From Paraspadella gotoi (lineage: Eukaryota > Animalia > Chaetognatha), in NCBI GenBank assembly GCA_051294375.1, contig CM119266.1:14796652-14860651 (forward strand): a DNA stretch of 64,000 nt, written 5' to 3'. The position numbers and the translations under genes were made by a program. The notes under the pieces are model-generated. The model made no database searches. It was not told where the DNA came from and was given only the letters and a program-made list of their open reading frames with translations. This document shows positions 1 through 12,799 of the stretch, piece by piece; position 1 is the first letter of the stretch, and each line of letters begins with the position of its first letter.

Positions 1-1710
1 TCTCATTCGCCCGGTAAAACCGGGCCACGGGGCACGAGCGGGGCCACGAGGGCGGCGCCCGCCCGACCGCACCGTTTAGGGAGGAGACTTTTTCGGTCGG
101 CGCCGCGGTCGGAGCTCTCAGCGGCGCCGGTCACCGGCTCAACGGCGGCCGCTCCTGCCGTCGCCGTCGCCGCCTCCGAGACTCGATTCACCGACCGACC
201 GTGATTGAGAGCATCTGTCGACGCTCGTTGCGAGAGGCGACGCCGACGGGCCGGACCGGAAACGCGGTCGGATAAGGGGGGGCGTCGCTCGACGCCGCTT
301 AACGCCGCCCGACGCCCGCTCGNNNNNNNNNNNNNNNNNNNNNNNNNGGAATTCCATTTTTCTTTTCTCTCGCTCAATCTTTTTTACTTACCTCAGCTTT
401 TTTTTTTTCTTTCTCTTCTTTTCTTCATAAATTTCTTTTTTTTTTCTTTTCTTCTCTTCCCTTTCTTAGATTCGTCTATCCCAACTCTTGCATTTTCTTA
501 CTGTATTCATCTTTTTATTTCTTCTTTCATCCTACTTTCTCTTCCTTCTCCCCTTCTTCTGAATTCTTTTCTAATTCATGGCTTCAAAATCTGTTTCCAT
601 CGCCCCCCTCTAAATCCATTCAGTCCATTGCGAAAATATCGAATAAATTTCAATCCATCTTTATTTTTCCTTTTTTTATTTAATTTTTTCCACTCTCTCT
701 CTCTCTCTCTACTCTCTCTCATACGTCCAACCCTCGTCTCGCGTTTTAATTTCCGGCGGACAGCTTTAATGATGAAAGCTTCGGTCCCGATCGGCGAATT
801 TGTTGTAACGGGATGGAAGGCGAGAGAGAAAATGGAATGGAGAGAAAAAGCGATTGAAGAAACGGAATGAAAAAGAATTAACGAACGCAAACGAAATAAA
901 AAAAGAATTGAATATTTAATTGGAAAATAAAGAAAGGAAAGAATGAGGTATAATGATTCAATGCGATGGAACAGATATTAACAGGAATGGAACCTGAGAA
1001 TTAGGAAATAAGGAAAGAAAAGAAGGTACACGGCAGGGATTCCGATTCAATAAAAGAGAAGGGAAAAATAAAGCAATAAAGCGGTGGACGCAAAACAAAA
1101 GCAATGAAATTATAACGAAAAATTATTACTATTATTAAGGGCTTGAAGAAAAAAATTGCTAAGAGCAAACTCGCCTACATTATCATTCTCGCCTGCATTG
1201 TCTTCCTTACGCGGCAAATGTTCAGCATCAAAGCGGAAGAGAGAGATTACTTACTAATGGCCGTAGAGAGCTTCGAAACAAGATTACAATGCTCAAACCG
1301 TTACTCCTGGGATCCGAGTACTCGTTGTTGTTGTGTCGAAAGAGAACGCAGAAGCGTCCCGACTTCAATTTACTCCGCAGTTATTGCATTTAAAAACTAT
1401 TTGAGGACTCCGTGTTTAAAAGGTATGCGGTCAATTTCTTGATTAATTTTTTTGGGAGAAGACTAGACCACTGTGACAGTGGTTCATTAAAAGAACAAGA
1501 AAGTTGTAACCAATTAACTTCCGAGCGACACTGAAATCCCCGAACCCAAACCGGTCAATATCCGATTGATTATCAATTTACGATTGATGTTTTCGCTCAT
1601 TCTTGCTTCTTGCTCTATAAATTCGAACAATTGGAAGAGATATCAAATCTTTGAACTCGGAACCCACGTTCGGATAGTTATGAACTCAGCCTTCTTAGCT
1701 GTGATGAGAA

Positions 1711-1741
<31 letters not shown>

Positions 1742-1974
1742 TGAGAGAGAGAGAGAAGGAGATGAGAGAGAGAGATGAGAGAGAGAGACGGATAGAGAGA
1801 GAGAGAGAGGAGAGAAGAGAGAGAGAGAGAGGACACTTTCTGACCCCTTAGGAGAAGCTGGCAACTTAAATTGTCGGAGAAGAACGTCCTGTGTCTCTAT
1901 TTTTTTATTGTCCGCGAACAAAGCTTTCGTCTCAAAACCAGATGTGTCTCGCTTTTCAAACGGCAACTCCGGTT

Positions 1975-3251
1975 TTCACGTCCCCCCTTCACTTCCCGCT
2001 CTACCTCCATCCACCATCCCCAGACCCTTTGCAACCCACCTCGGTCGGTCAGGTCGGTCGCCCCCCCCCCCACAACCCGGGAACGGATTCGGCGGGGAAG
2101 GGCGGAACAACTCGGGGGCGGCGCTATTTGGGTGGGCGGGGTTTCTTCGCACGCGGGTTCTGTTCCGGCCGGTGGCCATCTCCTCCACCCGCCCCGCCGC
2201 TCCGCCGGGCCCAGCCGACGACGATCACCGCCGGAAAATCCGGGCGGCCGCCGGAGCGGCGCCCGCGCGCGGCGGGTTCGAACCCGTTCGAAACGACTCC
2301 CGAACCGCGGAATGCCGAGAGTTCTTCTTTTTTTTTTCTTTTTTTTTAAGCGCCGTGAATACAGGAGAGAAAGAGGGAAGGGAAGAAAGGGGAGGGGGGG
2401 AGAAATCGGGGTGGTTTGAGGAGTCACAGTGGCAGTGAAGAGGGGGAGGGGAAGACTGAAAGAAAGAAAGACTGAAAGAGATAAAAGAAGTAGAGATAGA
2501 TTAAGACTAGGAGATAATATGCTTAAGTTTAAGAAACGAGAGAGAGGATTAAAGACCAAAAAACCGTTTGGAAGAAAAGAATCTTCGTAGAGGAGAAAAA
2601 AAAGGGAAAAAAAGAAAATGGAAGAAAAAGAGAAGGCGAAACATTGGAAAAAGGGGGAGTGGGGGAGAGGGGTGACGGGAAGGCGTCGAGGCGAAGCGAT
2701 AAGGAGGAAAACGGCGGGGAGAAGCGAGGCCGCGAACTGACGCCTCTGGAGCGTCCGAAAAGCCGGCGGGCGGAAAGAGAAAGAGAGACAGACGATGAAG
2801 ACGAGAGAAGAGGGAAGGGAGAGAGAGGAGAGAGAGAGAGAGAGAGAGAGAGAAGTGAGGAGGAGGAGACGAGAAGGAGAGGGGAAGGCGGCCGAGACGC
2901 TCGCCAGATGGAGAAGCGACGGGGGACCGGGGAGTCTGCGCGTGGTCGACGCCAGGTCGACCGTGGCGCCGAAATACCGGCGTCGCTTCGCCGCGTTTTC
3001 GGGGCCTCATATCGCCGGCGCCGTTTCCCCCTCGACCGCTGTTTACGCCCCGCGGGCACTTCGGAAGGCCGGCGCGGCGTGACTTCTCGAGCTTCCGCAG
3101 GTCCGCCAGCCGAGCAGGGAGAGAGGGTATTCGGAAGAACCGAAGGCGCTTCTGAAAGGAGGTGATGAAGTCGGCGCCTTAAGACCGAGGCAGCCGGGCG
3201 ACAACCGACCCTCAGCCTTTTCCGACCTTCGTAATGACGGAAATGGAGAGA

Positions 3252-3299
<48 letters not shown>

Positions 3300-4510
3300 G
3301 AGAAGAGAGAGAGAGAGAGAGAGAGATGAACGATCTTCTTATCGTCAGTCGACCGAATCAAAATCTCGTGTTCATCATTTTGCAACTCATTCCCTCTCAC
3401 CTTTCCTTTTCTTTTTTTTTTCTTCCCGGCGTCCGCTCTCTCTCTCTCATCAACTCTCTCTACCTTCCTTTCCCCCTTCCCCCATCTGAAGTTCTCCCCG
3501 TCGCCGCGTGTTTTTTTTTCTCTCACCGCACGAAGCCTCACAGCGCGTCGAGTAGAAGAAGAAGAAAAAAAAGAGCACAAATCTTAATCTCGGCTCGTTT
3601 AACCGCCGCCCGTCCGCGCGCCCCGCCCGACACGGCCCGCCCCGCCGCGTGGCGGGACGCCGGCGCGGGCGCGTCAATGAGCGCCGGCGACGACCCGCCG
3701 CGACCGCCGGAGCACCTAGAAGCTTCCTGCTCGACGACCGCAGCAGGATTAGGAGCCGTTAGCGCCACGGGGGCCGATAGAGGGCGCCGCTTCATCTTCC
3801 GCCGTTTTAACGCCGCCCAGGGAGAGGGGGAGGGAGAGGAGAGAGGGAGAGAGGGGAAGGAGGAAAAGGGAGGGATGAGGAAGAATAAAGGAAGGAGTTA
3901 GGGAAAAATAAAGAGAGCGGGTTGGCGTGAAGGTGGGATTAAGATACACGAAGCCCAGAGGGAAAAGAGGTAGAAAAACAGCAAGATGACTTACTTAAAA
4001 TAAACAGACATTAAAAATTTACTAAATAAACAGAAAGACAGAAAAAACAGAGAAAACGAAATAGAGTCGAAAAAGGGAAAAAATTGATAGGATTCGCCTA
4101 GGAATGAGGGGAAAGGAATTTCGTCTCAAGGAGGCGCCGCATGAACCGCAACATACGGGTGCCGATGTCGGTGCGGGTGCGCGGGGTCACGGTTCCGGGC
4201 CGTCGCATCGCCGGTCGCCCGGATCGGGAAGAGGACTCCGCTTGATGAGCAGGGACAATCGATCAGGAGGCAACGACGACGACGGACAAACGCAACCGAG
4301 GAGTGAAAGACGGCCTCCGAGAGGCGGCGGTTTTCGGCCGGCGTGGCTGGCCGGTGACTATGAAAGGGCGGCGTCCGGCCGGCCGGCAGCGGCTTCGGCG
4401 GCGGTGGCGGAGCCGAGAGAGATGGAGAGAGGCGGCCGAAGCGGCATCCAAGTGTCACCGCTCCGCCGGAGAAGAAAAGGATCCGCGTCGAAAGAAGCGG
4501 GAAAAGTAAC
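1975..4510. other. GC-rich exon-like blocks of an unidentified gene (mirrored in right arm)
   Basis: GC-rich islands (~1980-2320, 2650-3240, 3590-3820, 4125-4500) separated by purine/pyrimidine tracts, like the exon-intron texture of the real genes later in the window. Frames are broken by indels and no domain was recognised. Confidence 0.3.
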
Positions 4511-4539
4511 AAATGCCGGGGGAAGAAGGGAGGAGAGGG

Positions 4540-4945
4540 GGAGGAAAGGAAAATAGGGAGGAAAGGAAGGAAAGAAGGAAAGAAGAAAGAATTGGAGGTG
4601 AAAGAGGAGGGGGAAAGGAAAAGGGGAGGAGAAAGGAAAAAAAGAAGGAAAGAAGAAAGGAATGGAGTTTTGGAAAGAGGGGGGGAAGGAAAAGAGGGAG
4701 GAGGAAAGGAAAAAGAAGGAAAGAAGAAAGAATGGAAGTTTGGAAAGAGAGGGGGGAAGGAAAAGGGGAGGAGAAAGGAAAGAAAGAAGGAAAAGAAAAA
4801 GATGGGAGTTGGAAGAGAGGGGGGGAAGAAAAGAGGAGGAGGAAAGCAAAGAAAAGGAAAGAAGAAAGAATGGGAGTTTGGAAAGAGGGGGGAAGGAAAA
4901 GAGGGAGGAGGAAAGGGTGGAAGAAGGAAAGAAAGAAGGCATGAA
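4540..4945 (+). repeat. Purine-rich ~60-bp tandem repeat, ~6 copies
   Basis: Recurrent aaggaaagaagaaagaatgg(g)agtttggaaagagggggg; the mirror copy falls in the N gap 21239-21424. Confidence 0.8.
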
Positions 4946-5413
4946 AAAAAGGGAGAAAGGGACGAGTCGGTGGAATAAAAAAGGAGAAGGAGGAAAGTAT
5001 AAAGAGAGGGGAAATAAAGAAGAAAGAGAGGTGGAAGGGATGGCGGAGATATTGTTGCAAAAAAATGAACAAAAAAACTGAGAGGTAGATAAAAACATGA
5101 AATTGAGAGATAAAAGAAGAAAAAAAGAAAGACTCCCGCGAGGAGACAGAAATGGAAGAGGCGAGGGAAAAGAAATAAAAGGAAAATAGAAAGGGGCGGG
5201 AAACTGGGGGAAAGGAGGGAGTGACCGAACACAAACTGAGGAAAAAGGGAGAATAGAGAAAAAGAGGAATTCCTAATGAAAAAGGAGGAAAGGAAAGAGG
5301 AAGAAACGTTAGGAATGGAGACAGAATGAATGAGTTGAAAGAAGTGCGAGTTTGCGAAATATGGGCGGGAAAAAGAAAAGAGTGGAAAAGGAAACACAGA
5401 GAGAGAGAGAGAC

Positions 5414-5483
<70 letters not shown>

Positions 5484-5969
5484 GAGAGGGAGAGAGAGAG
5501 GACAAAGATATGAACCCAAATGAAAGACAAAACCAAAGCAGTGAAAATATTCGAGCCGCAAAATATAACGAAAAACGGTCAAACGTGGAGAAAAAATTAT
5601 GAAATTTTGCATTAATTTTAAAGATTATTATTTTCGTTTAAATACAACATTGATTTAAGCCATGCAGAATATAAAGTAAAGGCATCGTTAAAGCTCATAT
5701 GCAGTAATTTCTTTTTCCGTTTGCTGTAGATACCGCAATTGGTCCATTTAATTTTTCACAATCGTGATGTTCAATCGACTCAAGCTACGCCTTAAACCAT
5801 CGGCTTTTACCATCGACTTTTTCTCCAGACCAATTTTGAGCAGCGAATGAATAAACATTTTTTTTTAAATATTACTTTTTACTAAATCAAAGAAACGTGA
5901 GAAAAGGAACCCATTCCCCCCCCCCCGACCTCTAACGCAGAAGCGACAAAAAATCTGTTTTCCCAACTC

Positions 5970-6000
<31 letters not shown>

Positions 6001-6080
6001 CGAGAGAGCGAGACAAAAAAAAAAGGCCCCCGAAATCTTTTTCCCACGCCTTTCGCCGGCGCTCAATCGGAGGAAGGAGA

Positions 6081-6417
6081 AAAAAATGTTTATCATTCGC
6101 TGCTCAAAATTGTGTCTGGGAGAAAAAGTCGATGGTCAAAAGCGATGGTTAATAGGCGGAGCTTGAGTCGATTGAATATCACGATTGTGAAAAATTAAAT
6201 GGACCAATTGCGGTATCTACAGCAAACGGAAAAAGAATTACTGCATATGAGTTTAACGATGCCTTTACTTTATATTCTGCATGGCTTAAATCAATGTTGA
6301 ATTTAAACGAAAATAATAATCTTTAAAATTAATGCAAAATTTCATAATTTTTCTCCACGTTTGACGTTTTCGTATATTTTGCGGCTCGAAATATTTTCAC
6401 TGCTTTGGTTTTGTCTT
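6081..6417. repeat. Inner piece of palindrome right arm (fold-back of 5525-5865)
   Basis: Near-exact reverse complement of 5525-5865 across a ~215-nt loop; differences are mostly 1-nt indels. Confidence 0.95.
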
Positions 6418-7379
6418 AACCAAATATTTTAAAACTGGTTGATGAAGGTTAAAACAAGAATCAAACATATCCAAATTATTAAATGATGGTTCAAAATAAA
6501 AACTGTTATATTTATAAATATCTACAAAAAGAGGATCGCCTTTTATTTTAGATATATTAATAATATTAAGTAGTTTTGATTAATAGCTTGTAGACTGTAT
6601 ATTATTTTTTTGGAAGTATATAAAAGCTTTAAACTATTAAAACCTGTCCAAAGTCAGGGACAAAATAGTTATATATTTAAATAAAAGATAAGTTTTTATA
6701 TTGGTTTTATCAATTTATAAAAATAAATTAATTATAAAAATATAAATAATATTTATGCTTTGTGCAGTAAAGTAGAGCACTAAAAAAAAAAATTATTTGG
6801 AGTGATCAAGTAAAGATATTAGGATGTGAGATAGTATATATTTTGTCCATATAGTTTCCGGGAATAGTAATTAAAAATAAATATATTTTATAATAATATT
6901 TTTATAAAATAGTAATTAAAATATATTTTATAACTTTAATAAGATTTGATTCTCATAAAAAGTTAAATAAAAAAAAAATATTAAAAAATTTATTATCTTT
7001 AAATTTAGGGGAAGTAAATAAGAATTTTTTCTTTGTAAAAAAAAATTTATTGTTAAACATTATATTTTTTGCAGTTTAAATTAAAAATCATATAATATTT
7101 TTTAAATTTTGTATTTTATAGCGAATCCAAATTAAAAGCCAAACTTTATAATGAGGTAAAATCGGAGATTGTTAAAAACTTAATAAAATTTTATATATTT
7201 TTAAAAACTTCATAGGACCAAATTTTTTAAAATATTAGAAGTATAATTATTTTTAATTTTATTTATAAATAAAAAATATTAAATTTTTTTAAAATTTATA
7301 TTTTTAAAAGCTATTTAGATTGCTTATGAAAAGTTACACAAAGTATATTTTTTTTTTTCAGTTTAATTTATTTTTCTGG

Positions 7380-8570
7380 CCATGGTTAGGAAGTTAGTTA
7401 GGGTTAGGGTTAAGAGTTTAAGGTAGTTTTGGGTTAAGAGTGTTAAGGTTAAAAAGTTTTAGGGTTAGTGGGTAATTGGAAAATTTATTTTTTTTTTATA
7501 TGTAAGTATTTTCAAGTGGTTTTAAAGCCGCCAAAACGGGTCGGTTGAAAGTAAAATTTAGCCTTTTTTAAAATTTTAGATAATAGTGAAAAAAATATTT
7601 TTTTATTATTGTTAAAATTAATAAAATTTTAGAAAATTAACATGTTTAAAGGTTAATTTAAAAAAATATTAAATATTACAATATTTTTATATTTTTTTTA
7701 TATTATTTTTATATTATGATAAGTAATAATATAAATTATTATAATTAATATAATTTTTTTTTTCTTTTATAAAACAAATAATTTTCTTTTTTAATTTTGG
7801 ATAGGTTCTGTTGTTTACAACTTATCACTTATAAAATAATGACATAATTTAAAATAAATTAAGATTAAATTTAGTAAGAAAACGTAAATTTTTTTTCCAT
7901 CATGGTAGATCATTTCCATTGAATAAAAACGAAATTCCACGCGCTCTTTCTGCCGTCATTACATCGTCTTAGGCTTTACATCGTCTTCGTGTACCTCTCC
8001 ATTTTAGACTTTTGCAGCTCACGTTAAGTCATAATAACTTCTTTTGGTTTAAATTTTTGCATTTTATTCTATATGTAATTACATTTCTGGTGAAGGCCGT
8101 AGAAAAAATGTTTTATGCCCCTTCAATGACTCCATTTTAATCTCAGCCTCCCTTTTTTTGGGTATAGCGATTTTTGTTCTGCCATTTACTAAATTCCCTC
8201 ACACTAAGTTATTTTCTCGGTGACTGTGCCACTTTTTTAAATTTAGGTTTATTTCAACTTAGTTCTTCGTCACCCTGACTGTCCGTGTCCTCAATGGCGT
8301 CTGCCTCGGCGTTCTCATGATTACTGTCCTTGCTATATTAGTTTGTAGTTTTTAAAGAATAACCAAATTAATTTTATGTTAATCGATTTGTGATAGGTTA
8401 GGTAGGTAATATTTTTTTTAAATTTTAGTATTTTATTAATTTTATGTAGTAATCGATTTGTGATAGTTTAGGGTTAGGGTTAAAAGGTTAAGGATTAGTA
8501 TATTTAAAATTTTTTTTTTAAAATAACTATTTTTAAATGGTTTCAAAGCTGCCAAAACTGCTGGGCTTTC
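7380..8570 (+). repeat. Two copies (~7380-7545, ~8395-8560) of a GGGTTA-rich interspersed repeat
   Basis: Both have degenerate (TTAGGG)-like runs followed by tggttt(t/c)aaagc(c/t)gccaaaac. Confidence 0.55.
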
Positions 8571-8739
8571 CTTTTTAAGCAGTTTTTGTAAATTGACTAA
8601 TATTGTCCTCAAAAAAGGATATTATTCTCCTTTCAACCTTTTATGCAACGTTTTCTATTTTTAAATCAGTTTTTGTAAAGTGAACTAATATTTTACTCAA
8701 ATATGGATTATTAATTCTTTCTCTCTCTCTCCAGAACAT

Positions 8740-9300
8740 CGGATTATGCCAAAGACATCCGCACAATCGCCAGAGAGTTTGTCCACGTGCGTTCTTCGCT
8801 CTTCTCTTTGCCATTGACGACGGGGGTCTCACTCGGAGATGCAATGACGGCGGCCCATCGACGTGCACGACAATCAACCAGCACCATATTCTCTTTGGCC
8901 GACATTTCCGCCTCTCTCAGAGGCACCTCCCTCCTTGGCTTCAACCACTGTCGCATCACAGCTGGCGCCGCCATCATACCCAGATGGGCGCAACTAGATC
9001 AAAAATCTTATGCGGCGTCCTGCGCTGCGACGACAACTTGGAGTCGCCACCGCCACGAACAAAAAAACGTCATGACTGGAGTCCCGACCACGCACCTCCA
9101 CAACGCCAAGAAGATCGTCCTTCAGATTTTTTCAAGGGGCGGGGATATGGCGACGAAGGTTTCGCCACCACGGAGTTGACCTAGTTGTTCCCTTTGTTGT
9201 ATGGTAGCGAGGGAGCAGGTTATCTGACCATCGACCTCTCTCTCAATTTGTATTCTTAACTGGTGTAGTTTTATTATCTCGTTAATAACGTTTTATTTTA
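8740..9300 (+). mobile_element. Possible 3' end of a Ty3/gypsy LTR retrotransposon (post-integrase tail, PPT, LTR start)
   Basis: GC-richer island with a Pro/Arg-rich tail (..PPQRQEDRPSDF) ending in purine tract aaggggcgggga at ~9134 followed by TG; resembles gypsy 3' ends. No catalytic motif seen. Confidence 0.3.
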
Positions 9301-11189
9301 TTATCTCGTAATAACGTTTTTAAACATTTACAGTTTTATTATTATTAATCTTTGGATTAATTTTTTCTTTGGTTTTAGTATTCACGTATAATATATTTAA
9401 AGTCTTGTTTTCGTATAAAAAATGACCTATGGGCACAGTAAATTGCGCGCCCCAGTTTAGTCTATTTCATGTTCATGTTCTCTCTCTCTCTTGGTAATTG
9501 GTATTAATTAAATGTCGAGTTGTTTATTACATTTACATGTAAAATTCTGTGCACCGGTTAAAGACACAATTTAAGTTAGTAATGACGAGTGTGATTGGAA
9601 TCATACGAAAATCGTAATTTTCTTTATTCTCGTGCGACATTACAAATTTTTTTAAATTTAATTCTAATTTTTTTCCGCGGAACACGCGAAATTTTTATAG
9701 TAATTCGACAAGTGTAAACTTTAAACTTTTAAAAAGTTTACTCCTTCAAAATATCCACATCTTTTGCCTAAACTGTCTAATAGTGTCTACTAGAAAAAAT
9801 TAAACGCATTGTAAATTATTATAATAAAATTAAAAATGGAATCCGCACTATTTTAACATAGTGAAAGTGAGGAAAATAGTTTTGCCATGGCAAAGAAAAT
9901 TTATATTCGCATTCCTACGAAATGAACCTTTATAATCCAATTACATGATTCTGTGACTATTTGTTACGTATCAATAAGTATCCTTCCGTCAAATGTGTGT
10001 CAGATGGCGTTCATAGTACGATTCATATCTAAACCTAAATAAAATTGCCACATTATATTCCGGCCAAAGAGTCGCATTCAATTACAAATCATTTGGTGAA
10101 AGATTCCTCACCTGAATTCCGATGTATCTCATGAGTTAACTTGATCCGTCTTGTCATTTCTTCATTGGCTTGTAAAAAATCCGCTCAAGCTTGATCCAGT
10201 CCAAGTAAAACAAAACTGTTTTACAGAAAAGTTCCATTCGCGAAGAAACATTTAATAGCTAAGATAGTTGTTTACAATAATTCCTAACTAGATAAGCTAG
10301 ACGATTGTACCTACTGTTCTCAATTTTTACAATTTAAGAGATTTTTCTGGGACTCCTAAAATATATTCAAAGTGTGGAATTGGGGGGGTGGTGCCGAAAA
10401 TCTCCCGATAACCTCTCAGTTATAATTATTGATGATACATTGTTTTACCTTTATTCCTATTACGTTCATCGTTTCCGGTCTCAAAAACCCTCCCCTCTTC
10501 TCCTCAAATCTCTGCTCTCTTCTTTTTGTAAAAACTCACGTTCAACGACAGTGAAATCCTTTTTTCCCAAATAATTATCTATTCTTTAAATATGTTTGAC
10601 GATATTTGTGTTACATGAATTCGTAAGCCAAAACTGGTATGTATAATAGGCGGTTAATACAGCTATGTGTGCTTTATTAATTTAATATGCTTTCAATTAT
10701 ATTTTAAATGTTAGAGAGCCATTATATTTGTAACCTGTTTTTTCCTCAAGTCTTTTCTTACTCTGTAGTTCCACTCCCTTGGTCTGCCTAATGTCTACTC
10801 TCGTTACGTTAATAATGGACCCGTGAAGTCTGATCGGCGACTTTTCGTCTTTTTTCATATTCGTACATTTTTATTTACTAACATGGCGTGTTTATCGGGT
10901 TTTACGTTTTGAGGATTATTATTATTTTATTTATATTATTTATACTGAGTTTGGGAGTTCCTTTCAATGCATTTGTGCTTTCTCACGAGCCAATCCTACC
11001 TGCGACTGCGGGAGAGCCATTTCTCTTATATGTTTTTTAGTTTAAATCCCTGTCCTGCAACACTATTGATTTATTAGTTTTAATAGATAAAGTGTAGTAT
11101 TTCTGTTATTTGATATATAATTTATTTATCCTAAATTCGTTTTTATCATCGACGACAAATCAATATAATAAATTAGGACCCGAACGCGC

Positions 11190-11480
11190 ATTTTTAGTTA
11201 CTGCCTTCTCCGCTCGATCGTTCGCGGCTTAAATAAAAAGAACTAACGAGCGAGCGCTAGTTCAAACGTTTAGTGAACCAAAAAAATTATTTTTCGGATC
11301 GCGAATCTGTTTTGCGAAGAGGATGAAAATTGGCGGTTTTTGCCGTCATTTAAACGCGTCGGCCGGATTGACTTGAAATTTTTGCATGCCGTAATATTGA
11401 CATCATTTCCTATCGATCAATATAAAAATATATAAGAAAATGCCACGACGGCGAAACACATGCATATCTAGACATTATCT
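11190..11480. mobile_element. Short interspersed element, DINE/Helentron-associated-like remnant
   Basis: Motif ccggattgacttgaaatttttgcatg resembles conserved blocks of invertebrate DINE-1-like elements. Confidence 0.3.
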
Positions 11481-11579
11481 TTAAGTTTTTTGTAATCTAA
11501 TCATAGGTTTGTTTTTTTTTTTTTTTAAAGTTAATTCAATTTGAATTCAAGCAATAAAGTTATAACTTGAATCAAAATT

Positions 11580-12260
11580 TAATTCTGACTCGCCACAAGT
11601 TCGTACCGGTTTTCCTTTAATGTCATCTTGTCTGCCGACACGCGTTGTTCTCACCTTAATTGTCTTAACGTTCTGACTCATTCCCGTAGCTCCTCACGTC
11701 GTAAGTTCCTTCCTCGAACTTATTGGCCTCTTTCTCTCGAATTTTAGTTCTAGTCCTTCCTTCATTCTCGGTACTTCTGCTATCCTCAGCTCTTCAGTTC
11801 TAGACTCAGTACTCCGTTTCTTTAAATGCCATCCCAATTCTTCAGAAGCTGTTTCTCCTCAGTCTAATTCTCTCCAAATCTCTCCTTTTGAAGCCGTGTT
11901 GTTGGGCTCCGTCTCTGACTTTAACGCTGTCTCTGTTTTTTTTCTTTCTGCTCATCACTGGCCTTATGCATTGTTCCACCTCTTGTGTGACATCCTTTGG
12001 GTGAGCAGGTTGTCGTGCGTCTCCTTTCTTTTCCACCAAAATTCTTTACCAAGAACCCTCATTAAGCTTCTCTCGTCCAGTCCTCGCCGCTTCGCCACAC
12101 GCCACCAGGTTCTCCTTATACTCTGAATAAGTGTGGTGTATTTTTTCCTTTCGTCCAATGTTGAAAAGCGTACTCTACGCCGCTTCCCAGGATATTGTGG
12201 AATGCTAGGTCCGAGCGCCACTGAGGTGAATTTTCCTTGATGGATTTCTGAGGACTACCC
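11580..12260 (-). mobile_element. Decayed LTR-retrotransposon 3' fragment (BEL/Pao integrase C-terminus-like)
   Basis: Minus-strand fragments such as RRTWWRV..RSLMRVLGK and a terminal NVKTIKVRTTRVG..KPV resemble the VRxVKVRT..RPV end of BEL/Pao ORFs; heavily frameshifted. Confidence 0.4.
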
Positions 12261-12799
12261 TGCTTTCTGTTTAAACGTTGTGAGATTTTTTTTATATTAT
12301 TTATATATATTTTTTTTTTTTTTTTTTGTGCTCTTCGATCTCCGGGTACCTCCTCAGGAAATATCAGTTTTTTTTCATTCCTTTGTGGGATCAAGACTTA
12401 ACATCCTCTCTATTTAAATTCTCATCTCTGCATGAGAAAAATGAAGTTTCTTCCATTAGCGATGACTTGTTCTCCGATGGATAAAAAAAATTACTCTAAA
12501 TGTATCTTTTCTCTAAAAATCAGAATTAATCAAAGTGTTAAGACTTGCTTCGTTATGCGTACATATAGTGGTAAATGCCGTGTTTTTTATACACGACTGT
12601 TGCTTGCTTAAGAATCATGCTTTGCGTTTATTCAATCATTAATCATATTTTAGTTGATTAATTTTGTTTGTTTTGTTTTTTTTTTGTTTTTTCTAGAGAT
12701 GAAATAACAGGTAAGTATTTTAAATATTTACTATTGATTTTTAATTTACTCAAGTGGTACGAGAGATTTTTGGACGTCGACATGTTTATTTCATTAGGT

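Larger units (their letters stand above)
348..5865. repeat. Left arm of giant imperfect inverted repeat (palindrome)
   Basis: Reverse complement of 6081-6417 plus 20534-26959. For example ggaattccatttttcttttctctcgctcaatc at 348 matches gattgagcgagagaaagaaaaatggaattcc ending 26959, and gaactcggaacccacgttcggatagttatg at ~1653 matches its complement at ~25700. Confidence 0.95.

Noticed and set aside
1143-1442. ORF with SVPTSIYS, reminiscent of an ADP-ribosylhydrolase motif
   Set aside because: Single short motif, frame not preserved in the mirror copy, no supporting exons.
4126-5612. Long ORFs (459, 385, 246 aa) rich in F/S/L/P, and mirror ORFs at 20480-21726
   Set aside because: They arise from stop-free polypyrimidine and microsatellite tracts open in several frames; no domain content.
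7380-7470. True telomere or chromosome-fusion site
   Set aside because: Short, highly degenerate and recurring as part of interspersed repeats.
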